Part shown: one piece after another, positions 11,226 through 25,175 of the stretch
How the letters are laid out: every line of letters starts with the position of its first letter
How positions within the stretch are numbered: the stretch's first letter is position 1
Source: Squalus acanthias
Lineage: Eukaryota
NCBI GenBank assembly: GCA_030390025.1
Contig: CM059432.1
Location: 112,284,001-112,348,000 of the forward strand
Direction of reading: 5' to 3'
DNA length: 64,000 bases
Notes under the pieces: generated by a model
Databases searched by the model: none
Told to the model about the DNA's origin: nothing
The model's input: only the letters and a program-made list of their open reading frames with translations
Position numbers and translations under genes: made by a program

Positions 11226-12356
11226 AATGCAATTAGGAAGGCATTTATTGCAAGGGGGTTGGAGTACAAGAGTAAGGAAGTTTTGCTACAATTGTACAGG
11301 GCTTTGGTGAGACCACACCTGGAGTACTGTGCACAGTTTTGGTCTCCTTATCGGAGGAAGGATATACTTGCCTTAGAAGCGGTGCAACGAATGTTCACTA
11401 GATTGTTTCCTGAGATGAGAGGGCTGTCCTATGAGGAGAGATTGAGTATATTGGGCCTATACTCTCTGGAGTTTAGAAGAATGAGAGGTGATCTCATTGA
11501 AACATATAAAATTCTGAGGGGGATTGACAGGGTAGATACTGAGAGGTTGTTTCCCCTGGCTGGAGAGTCTAGAACTAGGGGCATAGTCTCAGGATAAGGG
11601 GTCAGCCATTTAAGACTGAGATGAAGAGGAATTTCTTCACTCAGAGGGTTGTGAATCTTTGGAATTCTCTTCCCCAAAATATATTCAAAGCTGAGATAGA
11701 TACATTTTTGGACTCTAGGGGAATCAAGGGATATGGAGATTGGGTGGGAAAGTGGAGTTGAGGTCGAAGATCAGCCATGATCTTATTGAATGGTGGAGCA
11801 GACTCGAGGAGCTGAATGGCCTACTCCTGCTCCTATTTCTTATGTTCTTATGTAAGGATTTGGCAGTTTGGGGGCATGCAATGACTCTAGGTGGCCTGGA
11901 AAGGACTATGAATGACTCCAGTGAGGTTGGGGAAGAATGGGCTGTGAGACCCGACTGCTTCACAGACTTCCCGCTTGCTCACACAACCAATCTGCTCCTG
12001 CTCCTATTTCTTATGTTCTTGTGTTCCCTGCCTTGCTTCTTGACCCACATGTTTGGTTGCCTAGCCTAAATTAATCCTCGATCATCCATCCAGAATGCCT
12101 CCTGCTGACGAAATGCTTGCAAGTCTGCCTGCCTTGACAGCTTCATCGTCCACTCATTTGCCCACCATGCCAAGTGCTTACCAAACTGCCTGCTTGCACA
12201 CTTATCGTGCTTCCTGGCTCACTGTCCCACTGCATGTGTTTCTCAGCCCATCTGTTTGCTCACCCACTTGCACTCAGTGCGTCTAAACCCCACCTACTCA
12301 GCCATTCACTCCAACTGCTTCCTGTTTCTGTAAGTGCTTCCTGGCCTGCCAAGATA

Positions 12357-12700
12357 TGAAAGAGACTGAGAGGGTGGATGAGGGCAGTGCAGTTGATGTT
12401 GTGTATATGGACTTACGAAAGGTGTTTGATAAACTACAACATACGAGGCTTGTTAGCAAAATTGAAGCCCATGGGATAAAATGGGCAGTAGCAGCAAAAT
12501 TGGCTAAGGGAAAGAGAACAGAGAGTTGGGGTGAATGGCTGTTTTTCGGACTGGAGGGAGGTATACAGACAGCGATGTTCCCCAAGGTTCAGTACTAGGA
12601 CCACTGCTGTTTTTGATACACATTAATGCCTTGGATTTGGGGGTACAGGGCACAATTTCGAAATTTGCAGAAGTGTAGTAAACAGTGAGGAAGATAGTAA
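12357..12700 (+). mobile_element. Degraded CR1 RT fragment
   Basis: ERVDEGSAVDVVYMDLRKVFDK. Confidence 0.8.
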
Positions 12701-12779
12701 TGCAGCAACCATCTAATTTCTACAAAAAAAAGAGGTTTGATGAGGTCTTGAATTCAAGAACTCATCAAACTACAGAGAC

Positions 12780-13039
12780 TGTCAGCATTTGACAGCTTCA
12801 CAGAGCAGTCAAACGATGACAATTCATCTGTCAAAAATTTTTGACAGATGAAACATCATACATTGACGTTCTCTGTAACCGGTTTTCTCTTAATTGGCCT
12901 GCTAAGCCTGCTGGGCGGGCTTAACAAGGTCAATCAAGGGAAAATAGCGTGGGTTGGCCAGAAGTTGATGGAGGCGGGACTGAAACCCGACAAGTGGGAG
13001 TCCCGCCTACAAAAGCTCCCCATTTGCAAAATCCAGCCC
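12780..13039 (-). mobile_element. Solo terminal arm of a Harbinger element
   Basis: Ends GCAAAATCCAGCCC. Reverse complement of the 3007-3290 arm. Confidence 0.7.
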
Positions 13040-13054
13040 AAATGTTTCTAAAAT

Positions 13055-13365
13055 AGACGAAGAGAACAAAAGAATGCAGAGATAAAGAAGAAGATCAAAA
13101 CAGAAAGATAACTAAAGAGGAGAAAAAAGGAGTGCATTGGGGTAAAGGAAAAGAACTAAAGGATAGAATGAGAGAGTGAGAAGTGAAAGAGGAGCATAAA
13201 AATGCTCAGAGAGTTGAGAAGTGAATGAATAGGACAAGAGAGTAAAAAGTGAAGGAGAGTAAGCGAGCAAGAGTGAAGGAAAGAGAGAAAAGGTGGTGAA
13301 AGGGAGACATAAAAGTGAAGGAGGAGGAGAGAAAGGCAAATAAGTGATGGAGGAGTAAGAAAGGC
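13055..13365. repeat. Purine-rich (GA) low-complexity tract
   Basis: About 300 bp strongly enriched in A/G on the plus strand. Confidence 0.7.
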
Positions 13366-15257
13366 TTTTTTGCAGACTTACCAGTATCTTTAGCTAGAGG
13401 GACACAAGAACTGGAGCATTGCTTGGTGGAAACTGGCCCCAAAAAGTTTGAGAACAATTGAATTGAGCTTTTGGCAATATTTTTTGTTAAGGATCGACCT
13501 GTTGTTTGAACAAACTGTGACTGATGGCAGAATTAAAATATTTTAAAAATACATTTTGCTCCAGAGTTTCAGGATTTTGCTCGAATGAAATGGTCGCACT
13601 TTAGTTGTGCTCACTCCCTTCCCTTCCAGCACTTCTAGCCAGCTCTTCCTTGAAAAAGCATCTTCACAGTCTCTTGAACTTTGCCTTCATACTGAACTAA
13701 CCCAGCCATAATATCTTCTGATGCTACTTTTCTAGAAAAAGCTGCATTCAATGCGTGCCGGTGTTGGTTGTGCATGTAGTTGCACCATCTAATGGACAGC
13801 GTTTAAGTATTGATGGGCCCTTTCTTCTTGCTAACCTCACCCTGCGATTACCTTGCACCAAGTGGCACAACTCAGTGACTACTTTGCGCAGCCTAAGCCT
13901 TGCTCCTCAGTCAGCTACAGGTACCTGAGCCTTGAGTGGACACGCCTTACCCTGGAGTAGCTAATTAGCACAACACCAAACATCCTTTGCCTTCAATGTG
14001 TATTTTGTAGTCTCCTTCGTCTGGCCATCCACAGTATGGTGCAACATTCTGTTACTACCAATTTTGAACAACAAAATAAGAGTGTTCACAAAATTCTCAG
14101 GTTGATGTCTAAATATTCTTCCTTACAATTACAGGAACTGAACCAACCTGTGGAATGTGCCAAATAATGCTATGATCCCTAAATGAAAAAGGACTTTAAA
14201 TTTTAAGGGTCTATTGTGTGAATCAAATACTCACACATTGAACATTCATTCTAGTGCAAGAGTATTTGCTTCACTAAATTGCCCCTTACAACTTCAGGTC
14301 AGCAAGGCACATTATTTGGCACATTACACATTATGGTGCTATTTTTCTGTGTACTGAAGGCAAAGTCTTGCCAAAAATGAATGAATGGTGAGGAAACAAT
14401 TATGTGCACAGCAATAATATAATATACCATAACTTTCATAATTACTATTTAGTGCCTTTTGTACTTTTGTACAATATATTGAGGATACAGGCAATGACAA
14501 TTTATTTGCTGCATAATGTGATTTAAGTGTGCACACTTTGCAGAATGGGTTAACACTCTGAATGTGCCTGTTGGACCTCCAATTATTTTATATACTTTAT
14601 TGTCAGCTGCAGTTTGATCAGGCCAGCTTGGGTCTGATGAGGTTGTGAAGGTGCAGAGGGTGGTAGGGGGGCGGGGGGCACGGGCGGGGGTTGGCGAGAG
14701 CCATGCCTGACAACAGGGCCATGACTGAAAATGGGGAAGGGCCAGCATTGACACCAGGTACCAGAATGCCACTGGAGGAGCTACATTGCTTCTGTATTTT
14801 GTGGAGATTTGGACTGTGTGACCCTTGGTCAAAATCTAATGGTGGGTCTATCTAGATCAGAACACAATCCTTATCAAATCAATTCTCCTATGAGGAAACT
14901 TATAACACTTTCTACTCAACTGACTCCAACAAGTGTAGGGGTTAAAGGTAGTTACTCAGACTGATGTCAGGTGGGAAGTGGTGCTCTACAGGGATTGGTG
15001 CTGGGACCACTGTTGTTCACCATTTACATGGACTCGGGAATCAGAAGAACAATTTCAAAATTTGCGGTTGACACCAAATTGGTGGGTACTGTTAATACTG
15101 AGAAAGACTGTAACAAAATACAAGAAGACATTAATAAACTTGCAGAATGGGCATGTAAATTAAACACCGTTGATGAATAAAGAGATATGGGTAAAATCAA
15201 AAGTAAAGGAAAAGGCATACACTACGTACAATAAGTAGGGACCCTGGCATAAACTAA

Positions 15258-15492
15258 GTAGGGACCTGAGCGGCAGCAGCATCGAAGGAGGCAGCAAGAT
15301 AAAAAACAGTGGGAGGCGAGGCAGCATGGACCTGAGTGGCGGCAGCATCGGAGGAGGCAGAATATAAACAGAGTGGGACCGGAGGACAGGCCGGACCTGA
15401 GCGGTGGTAGCAGCGCAGGTGGCAGATTATAACCAGAGCGGGAGCCGAGGCAGCGTGGTCCTGAGCAGTGGCAGCAGTGGAGGAGGCAGTAT
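15258..15492 (+). repeat. Degenerate tandem repeats in the CR1 5' UTR
   Basis: Four units built on GGACCTGAGCGGCRGCAGCA..GGAGGCAG..TATAAA. Confidence 0.7.
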
Positions 15493-17193
15493 ATCTCCGG
15501 CGAAATCCAATTCAACAAAACAAGGAGTGACGTCACAGGACAGCAAGTAGGTGATTGGTTGGTGAGTATTTACGTTTTTTTCTCTCTAAGCTAGGACAGT
15601 GGTTTAAACTAGGAGCGGGAAACTATAATGTACTTTATTAAATTAAAAACTTAACTAGATAAACTCATTAATATAACTATAAATAATCACTGAATAAAGA
15701 TTTTAACTAATTAAATAAATAAAACAAGGTTAGTCTAAGGTATCGCAGAGCAGGTTGTTTGTCTGGATTGCAGTATGTGGGAGTTTGTGGACAGCAAGAC
15801 TGTCCCAAGCGAACACCTCTGCAGTAGCTGTCTCCGTCTTGAATCTCTCAGGCTCAGTCATTGAGCTGGAGTGCGAGTTGGAGACACCCCGACACATAAG
15901 GGAGGGGGACGTGTATCTGGACAGTTTGCTCCAGACTTCGGTCACACCTCGTAGAGAGGTGCAGGTTCAGAACAGGGTTGGTGCAGAGTAAGGGGAACCC
16001 AGGTAAGAAAGGGAACGAGGATCCATAGAAACTGATCCTATCCAACAATGTACTTGCTACCTGTGAGGATAAGGATAAAGACTGTCGGAAGGACAGCCAG
16101 AATGCAGACAATGGCACTTTGGAGCAAGAGGCTGTCCTAAGGGGGGAGGAGGTGGAGGAGAGGAAGCGTAATGTGGTAGTTGTAGGGGATTCTATAATTA
16201 GGGGGACAGATAGCATCCTTTGTAAGCAAGGTCGAGAGTCCCACCTGGTATGTTGCCTACCTGGTGCCAGGGTGAGGAACATCTCGAACTGGCTTGAAAG
16301 GATATTGGAGAGGGAGAGGGAGGATCTAGTCATTGTGGTCCATGTTGGGACCAACAACATAGGGAAGAGTAGGCAAGAGGTCCTGTTTGGGGAGCACCAG
16401 GAGCTAGGAGCTAAATTAAAAGAACAGGATCCCAAGTGTCAAGGAAAAACTAAAAGATGTAAAGTAATTAAACCCGGAGCGAGAAATAAGAAACAAGTGA
16501 GTAAAACATTAGAGCTGAAGGACAGGTCAGGCTGTGTGGCCCTAATAAGCGTTCTTTATAAAAACGCACAAAGTATAAGGAATAAATTGAATGAACTGCA
16601 GATGTGGATTCAAGTTGGAGGGTATGACATGGTAGCCATTACTGAGACATGACTGCAAGACGGTCGGGACTGGGAACTGAATATAGGAAAGATAGGGAAA
16701 ATGGCAGAGGGGGAGGAGTGATTAAGGATGAAATCACTTCAATGATAAGAGAGGATATAACGAGAGGTACGCAGGCAGTGGAGACTTTATGGATAGAATT
16801 AAGAAATAGGAAAGGATTTAAGACTGTAGTGGGAGTTGTGTAAAGGCCCCCTGGTAGCAGCCGTGAAATGCTAGATTGTATAAATGCAGAGACTAGACAA
16901 GCGTGTAGTAAAGGCAGAGTGGTTTTAATGGGGGATTTTAACTTTCATATAGATTGGGATAAGTAGACTAGCACCTGTCAGAAAGGTAGTGAAATTCTTG
17001 AGTGTGTCCGGGATAGTTTTCTACAACAATATATCCTAGAGGCAAGGAGGCATGCCATATTAGATGCAGTAATGAGTAATGAGCTAGATTTAGTTAACAG
17101 CCTAACTGTGTGTGAACATTTCTCCAATAGCGATCAGAACATGATCGAGTTCAACATAGCGTTTGAAAGGGAGAAATGAGAAACAGCTACCAA

Positions 17194-18926
17194 GGCCGCA
17201 ATTTTGCTGACCTTGGCGGGTCCGAGCGGGCGACATCGGTGGTGGGTCCCGACCCTGCTGCTGTCTCCATCCCGGCCTCTGAATGGGTTTGTTAAGCCCG
17301 CCCAGTGCATTTGCCAGCCAATTAGAGGAAGCAGGTCTGGTGACATCATTTGAAGACGCATCATCAGCCGGTTTCCTTAAAGGGACCATGGACAACTTTA
17401 TTTTGACATTTGTGCTGTCAGTGTTTTACAGCATTGAGGTGCTGCAAACGCTGACAAGCACAGTAAAGAGGTGCACGGCTGCACCCAGGCTCTCCCATGA
17501 CTCCCTCCATATGCTTACGCAGGGAGGTCCTCTTCCCTTCCCATGGGTGGAAGAGACTTCCCCAGGAGATTAACACAGCCTGGTTGCACATTGCAGAGGA
17601 GGGAACAAGCAAAGATGTGGTCAGGAGGACCTGGGTGCAGTGCCGCAAACATTTCAATGATCTCAGTAGATCATGAAACGTCAGTACAAAGCCACACTCA
17701 ACCTCATCCTGCTGTGCCTCTCATTACATCCCAATCACTCTGCCTTCCCTACCCTACTCCTGCACATCCTTACTCACACTAACTTACCTTGCACCCCCAC
17801 CCATCCCTCTCTATCTATATTATCACATCCCCATTTCACTAGCCAACCCTCATACTTACCCTCATCCTAGTGCATTAATACCAACTAACAAAACACAAGG
17901 ATAGGCACTTGGGTGTTTTATGCAATGTTCATGTAAATTTTCTGTTAATGTGGTGTCAAACTTTGAAACCTTTATTTTCAACACTTTGCGTTCTTGGACA
18001 GATTTGTGTGCACCTTTGGAAATGGCTTAATGAGTTGCAGTGAATGGTGAGACATAATGGTACCCCCCGCAATGGTGCTGAGTGTGAAAGGAATGGCTTG
18101 GGCATTGTAGGGATGCTTTATGGTGTTGGTGTGGGGTGGTGCTGACCTTGCACAACATGTGGCAGCCAGGGTGTACAGCGTCAAGTAAGTAAATCTGGCA
18201 TGGCCTCCCGGGCAGCAATGTGGTCGGGTGCTGATGCCCTCTGTCCTATGCAGCATCAGGTGATTGCGGAGAAGGTTGGTGGTGGTCTTGTTGGTGCTGC
18301 TGTTGTGCCTGGTGCTGCTGGTGTTGGGGCTGATTGTGGTGGGATTCTGAGGGCCAAGGTGAGTGAGTATAAAGGGCACCCATGCTGATGGAATAGATGG
18401 CAGGTGAAGTAGAGATAACAGAAGTGATCTATCAATGGTGAGAGAGGTAATGAGGTCAGACTGGATGGAGACTTGTGTAAAGACTTGCAGCATGGTGAAT
18501 CTGCTGTGGAAATGCAGTGAGGAAGAGTTTGTGGCTGAGGGATGATGTCTCTGTAAGGTGGGAGTTTTTACTGTACATTTAAAGCGTCAACTCAACAGCT
18601 GATTCAATGGCCACTGAACTCCCGCCTCAGCTTGACAGACGTGGTCCACGACCAGCGTGGACCCGTGGGCGAGCTGTCCAATGCAGAAGGTAAGCTGAAA
18701 TTCATTCTTAAGTGGGCTCTAAACGAGCCACTAATCACCTGAATTGGGTTCCCCGCTGTGAACCCGCCGCTGTGTGTCAGGTCTGATCAGCGCTGACAGA
18801 CCCGACATCGGGGAAAGGTGCGTGGCGGTGGGTTCACAGCAGGGCCCCGACCCGCTGGGGAAAAAAACACTTTCCCACCCGACCCACCACCGATCGCGCC
18901 CGCTGACCCTCCAGAAAATCCAGCCC
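17194..18926 (+). mobile_element. Internally deleted Harbinger with Myb exon 1 and transposase 5' remnants
   Basis: TIRs GGCCGCAATTTT / AAAATCCAGCCC, flanks CAA/AAA. AAPRLSHDSL...RTWVQCRKHFNDL remnant at 17475-17665. CR1 resumes at 18927. Confidence 0.8.
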
Positions 18927-20941
18927 AAAGATTCTAGATTTGGGTAAGGCCGACTTCAACGGGATGAGGCAGAGACTGTCCACAGTAAACTGGACAAATC
19001 TGTTAATGGGTAAAATGACAGAAGATCAGTGGGAGATGTTCAAAAAAGAATTTAAGGTGATACAGAACCAGTTTATACCCCTGAGGGGCAAGAGCTCTAC
19101 TTGTCAAAAAAAAGCCATGGACGACTAAAGAGGTAAAGGACAGCATAAAACTAAAAGAAAAAGCATACAAAAATGCAAAAAATAGCACAGATCCTGGTGA
19201 ATGGGAAAGATACAAGAACAGCAAAGAGTCACAAAACAGGTAGTAAGAGCTACAAAAAGGGAATATGAAAAGAAACTTGCAAGGAATATTGTCAATGATA
19301 ATAAGGAAATGGCGGACATGTTGAATAATTACTTTGCGTCACTATTTACAGTAGAGACCACGTCTGTCAAGCTGAGGCGAGAGTTCAGTGGCCATTGAAT
19401 CAGCTGTTGAGCTGACGCTTCAAATGTACAGTAAAAGCTCCCACCTTACAGACAGCATGCCAGAAATCCCAAGGAAACTAATACTGAATTAGGGACAGAG
19501 ACTCAATAAAATTAACGTAAGTAAAATAACAGTAATGAAGAAAATAATAGCACTAAAGAGTGACAAATCCCCAGGACCAGATGGTTTCAATCCCAGGGTT
19601 TTAAAGGAAGTAGATGAGCACATTGCAGATGCCCTAACTATAATCTTCCAAAGTTCTCTCAATTCAGGAACCGCTTAGATTGGAAAAATGTGCACGTCAC
19701 TCTGCTATTTAAGAATGGCGAGAGAGGGAAACTAGAGAATTATAGACCAGTTAGCCTAACATCTGTTGTCGGGAAATTGCTAGAGCCTATAATTAAGGAT
19801 AGGGTGACTGAACACCTCGAAAATTTTCAGTTGATCAGAGAGAGCCAGCATGGATTTGTGAAAGGTAGGCCTGACAAACCTGATTGAATTTTTTGAGGAG
19901 GTGACTAAAGTAGTGGACAGGGGAATGTCTATGGATATTATTTATATGGACTTCCAGAAGGCATTTGATAAAGTCCCACATAAGAGACTGTTAACTAAGG
20001 TAGAAGCCCATGGAATTGAGGGAAAATTATTGACCTGGTTAGGAAATTGGCTTAGCGGTAGGAGACAGGCAGTAGGGATAATGGATAGGTACTCAAATTG
20101 GCAGGATGTGACTAGTGGTGTCCCGCAGGGATCTGTGCTGGGGCCTCAACTATTCACAGTATTTATTAATGACTTAGATGATGGCATAGAAAGTCATAGA
20201 AATGTTTCTATAGGTATGTAAATTGGAAGAGATTAGTGAAAGTAAACGTGGGCCCATTAGAGGCAGAGACAGGACAAATTATAATGGGCAATAAGGAAAT
20301 GGCGGAGACATTAAATAAATACTTTGTATCTGTCTTCACGGTAGAAGACACAAAAAACATTCTGGAAATAATGGGGAACCAAGGGTCTAGAGAGAATGAG
20401 GAATTTAAAGAAATCAGTATAAGACATAGGGGGAAAAATGTGGTCGATTAGCACCTCCCGTTTGCGCCCTAAGAGGGCGCTAATGGGGCACAAAGCAACT
20501 AGCGAAGGGGCACGGCGATGTTTGCGCCGCTCGCAAAATTGACCGGAGTTTTTGCGGCGGCGTTAAACTCTACTGCCACGATCTCCTGCGCCCGCAGATC
20601 GTGACGTTAGTCGAGCGTGCAACGCCCCGGTAGCACCCGGACCGGATATTGAGTGGCGCCCCCTTCCTTTCCGCCTGCCGCTAGCAACGACAGGTAGAGG
20701 GGAATGTTTTGCAGTCAGGAAGGGGCTGGGGGAGCGCTATTTAAAGGCGGCCTCTTCCTGCCTTTTTTTGTCGGAGATATTTTTGCACCACGCATTCTGA
20801 GAGAGAGAGAGAGAAAGATTCTGAGAGAGAGAGGGAGACTTCTGGAGAAATTCAACGCAGTGTGAAGGAGTTTTGGCTACTGAGCAGCACTTTGCAGGCT
20901 CTTTTTGATTTGACCTTCCTTGCATCGATTTAGAAGAGACC

Positions 20942-23900
20942 ATGGTGGCTGCACTGATTCGGGGTGTCGTCCTGCACCTGCAGAATCGGAGGCATCAGAG
21001 ACGCAGAGAGAGAGAGTGGCAAACATGGCCAGAGGGAGGAGGGCCAACAGGTCTCTGCATGGGAGGCCTTACCCTCCCAGGGTATTCCGGGAACAATTCT
21101 CCTACCTTCATTTGTTTGAGGAGCAGTGTTTGCGCAGGCTGCGCTTCAGCAAGGAAGTGGTCACTGAGCTCTGCCATCTGCTGCAACTAGATCTGCAGCC
21201 TCTACTGAGGACAGGACGTCTCTGTCGGTGGCAGTGAAGGTGACAGTGGCTCTGAATTTTTATGCCACCGGCTCCTTTCAAGCAGCAATTGGGGACATCG
21301 CCAATATCTCCCAGTTTGCTGTCCATTGCTGTATCCGGGAGGTGACAAATGCCCTCTATAAAAGGAGACGCCAGTACATCTCTTTCCCCATGACCCGGGC
21401 CAAACAGCATGAACGCACATGTGGCTTTGCGAGGATAGCGGGCTTCCCCATGGTGCAGGGCGCCATTGACTGCACGCATGCGGCATTGCGGGCACCGCAT
21501 GAAAATGCAGAGGTTTTCCAAAACCGCAAGGGGTTCCACTCCTTAAATGTCCAGTTGGTCTGTGACCACAGACAGCTCATACTCGCCGTCAATGCCCGTT
21601 ATCCTGGCAGCAGCCACGATGCTTTCATTCTGCGCCAGACTGGTGAGCCAGACCTTTTGCAGGCACCACATCAGCCAAGTGGTTGGCTCCTCGGGGACAA
21701 GGGTTATCCACTCTGCACCTGGCTTATGACACCGCTCCGTAAACCCAACACCTCTGCTGAGCTGCGATATAATGAGAGCCATAACGCCACCAGGAACATA
21801 ATTGAGCAGACGATCGGCGTGCTAAAGCAACGGTTCCGCTGTCTGGATCACTCAGGAGGAGCCCTGCAGTACTCTCCTGAGCGAGACGCCCTCTTCATAG
21901 TTGTATGCTGCATGCTTCACAACCTGGCAATCCTCAGGACCCAGCCAATGCCACCAGGGATTCGTGCACCACCAGAGGAGGAATCATAGTATCATAGAAA
22001 GTTACAGCACGGAAGGAGGCCATTTCGGCCCATCGTGTCCGCGCCGGCCAACAAAGAGCTATCCAGCCTAATCCCACTTCCCAGCTCTAGATCCATAGAC
22101 CTGCAGGTTACAGCATCCCAAGTGCACATCCAAGTACTTTTTAAATGTGGTTAGGGTTCCTGCCTCTACCACCCTTTCAGGCAGTGAGTTCCAGACCCCC
22201 ACAACCCTCTGGGTGAATAAAGTTCCCCTCAAATCCCCTCTAAACCTTCAACCAATTACTTTAAATCTGTGCCCCCTGGTTTTTGACCCCACTGCTAAGG
22301 GAAATAGGTTCTTTCTATCCACTTTATCTATGCCCCTCATAATTTTATACACCTCAATAAGGTCTCCCCTCAGCCTTCTCTGTTCCAAGGAAAACAGACC
22401 CAGCCTATCCAGTCTTTCCTCATAGCTAATATTCTCTACTCCCGGCAATATCCTTCTAAATCTCCTCTGTACCCTCTCTAGTGCAATCACATCTTTCCAG
22501 TAATGTGGTGATCAGAACTGCACGCAGTACACTAGCTGAGGCCTAACTAGTGTTTTATACAGTTGAAGCATAACCTCCCTGCTCTTGTCTTCTATACCAC
22601 GGCTAATAAAGGCAAGCAATCCGTATGCCTTCTTAACCACCTTATCTACCTGGCCTGCTACCTTCAGGGATCTGTGGACATGCACTCCAAGGTCCCTTTG
22701 TTCCCCTACATTACTCAGTGTCCTACCATTTAATGTGTATTCCCTTTCCTTGTTAGCCCTCCCCAAGTGCATTACCTCACACTTCTCCAGACTGAATTCT
22801 ATTTGCCACTGTTCTGCCCACCTGACCAATTTATTGATATCTTCCTGCAGTCTACAGCTTCCTTCTTCAGTATCAACCACACAGCCGATTTTAGTATCAT
22901 CTGCAAACTTCTTAATCATACCCACTATATTCAAGTCTAGATCGTTGATATATACCACAAAAAGCAAGGGACCTAGTACTGAGCCCTGCGGAACCCCACT
23001 GGAAACAGCCTTCCAGTCACAAAAACACCCATCAACCATTACCCTCTGCTTCCTGTCTCCGAGCCAGTTTTGAATCCAACTTGACACTTTGCCCTGGATC
23101 CCATGGGCTTTTAACTTCGTGACCAGTCTGTCATGTGGAACCTTAGCAAAAGCCTTGCTAAAGTCCATATGCACTACATCAAACACACTACCCTCATCTA
23201 CCCTCCTTGTTACCTCCTCAAAAAACTCAATCAAGTTTGTCAGACACGACCTTCCCTTAACAAATCTGTGCTGACTATCCTTGATTAATCCGTGTCATTC
23301 TAAATGAAGATTTATACTGTCCTTCAGAATTCTTTCCAATAATTTTCCCACCACCGAGGTTAGGCTGACTGGCCTGTAATTACTCGGTCTATCCTTTTCT
23401 CCCTTTTTAAACAAGGGTACCACATTACTGTCCTCCAGCACCACACCTGAAGCCAGAGAGGATTGAAAAATGATGGTCAGGGTCTCTGCTATTTCCTCTT
23501 TTGCTTCGCTTAACAGCCTGGGATACATTTTATCCGGGCCTGGGGATTTATCCACTTTTGAAGCTGCTAAACCCCTTAATACTTCCTCTCTCACTATGTT
23601 TATTTCACCTTATATTTCACACTCCTCTCCCCTGATAGCAATGTCTGCTTCGCCCCTCTCCTTTGTGAAAACAGATGCTAAGTATTCATTAAGAACCCTA
23701 CCGACGTCTCCCGCCTCCACACACAGATTACCTTCATGATCTCTAATAGGCCCTACCCTTTCTTTAGTTATCCTCCTACTCTTAATATATTTATAAAACA
23801 TCTTTGGGTTTTCCTTGATTTTACTTGCCAAGAATTTTTCATGCTCTCTTTGCTTTCCTAATATCCTTTTTAATTGCACCCCTGCACTTTCTGTACTCCT

Positions 23901-25143
23901 CTAAAGATTCTGGAGTATTTAGCCCTCAGTATCTGTCATATGCCACCTTTTTTTTCTTTATCCTACCCTGTATGTTTCTAGACATCCAGGGTGCTCTAGA
24001 TTTGTTAGTCCCACCTTTTTTCTTTAAGGGCACATAGTTGGTCTGAACTCTCCGGATCTCCTCCTTGAATGCCTCCCACTGCTCTGACACTGATTTACCT
24101 TCAAGTAGCTGTTTCCAGTCTACTATGGTTAAATCCCCTCTGAGCCTAGCAAAATTTGCTTTTCCCCAATTTAGAATTTTTATTCCTGGTCGATCCTTGT
24201 CCTTTTCCATAACTACCTTGAATCTAACAGAATTATGGTCACTAGCACCAAAATGCTCCCCCACTGATACGCTTTCTACCTGCCCAGTTTCATTCCCTAA
24301 AACTAAGTCCAGAACCGCCCCCTCCCTTGTTGGGCTTGCTAAATACTGGCTAAAAAAGTTCTCCTGGACGCATTTTAGGAATTCCGCACCCTCTATACCC
24401 TTCACACTAATTTTATCCCAGTTAATATTGGGGTAGTTGAAATCCCCTACTATTACTGCCCTATAGTTTTTGCACTTCTCAGAAATTTGTCTCCATATTT
24501 GTTCTTCTATCTCCCTCTCACTGTTTGGGGGTCTGTACTACACTCCCAGCAGTGTGATCACCCCTTTTTTGTTTTTCAATTAGACCCACATGGCCTCGTT
24601 TGATGATCCCTCCAGCATATTGTCCCTCCTCACAGCTGTAATAGTTTCTTTAATCAATACCGCGACCCCCCCTCCCTTTTTACCTCCCTCTCTATCCCGT
24701 CTGAAAATTCTGTAACCAGGAATGTTGAGCTGCCATACCTGCCCCTCTTTCAGCCACGTCTCTGTAATAGCTATAATATCATAGTCCCAAGTATCTACCT
24801 GTGCCCTCAGCTCATCTGCCTTGTTCGCTATACTCCTTGGATTGAAGTATATACCATTTAGTACAGGCAAACCTCCTTGTTGACTACTATCTAGCCCTTG
24901 ATTCCTCTGTCCTTCCAATGTACTTTCTACATTTTTGTTTACCAATTCCAGTTTTTCTTCCATCCCTGTTGACTCTATACTTAGGTTCCCATCACCCTGC
25001 CAAGCTAGTTTAAACCCTCCCCCACAGCACTAGCAAACACTCCCGTGAGGATATTGGTCCCGTTCCCATTGAGGTGCAACCCGTCTGGCTTGTAGAGGTC
25101 CCACCTCCCCCAGAAACGGTTTCAATTCCTCAGGAATCTAGAG

Positions 25144-25175
<32 letters not shown>

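Larger units (their letters stand above)
7309..11832 (+). mobile_element. CR1 LINE ORF2, interrupted by a MITE, a SINE and another CR1
   Basis: RT ORFs 9049..9723 and 11259..11597. Sequence continues across each insertion. (TTCTTATG)n tail at about 11830-11850. Confidence 0.9.

Noticed and set aside
15258..15492. CRISPR-like array
   Set aside because: Degenerate units with related spacers in a CR1 5' UTR, eukaryotic context, no cas genes.
21228..21989. Host gene HARBI1
   Set aside because: It lies between TIRs with a TSD, is frameshifted, is paired with a Myb gene and has relatives in the window. It is a transposon copy. The same applies to 34900-35889.
22585..23073. Recurrent antisense ORFs (PKCITSHF...) as a conserved gene
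   Set aside because: They are the opposite-strand shadow of the repeated CR1 RT frame.
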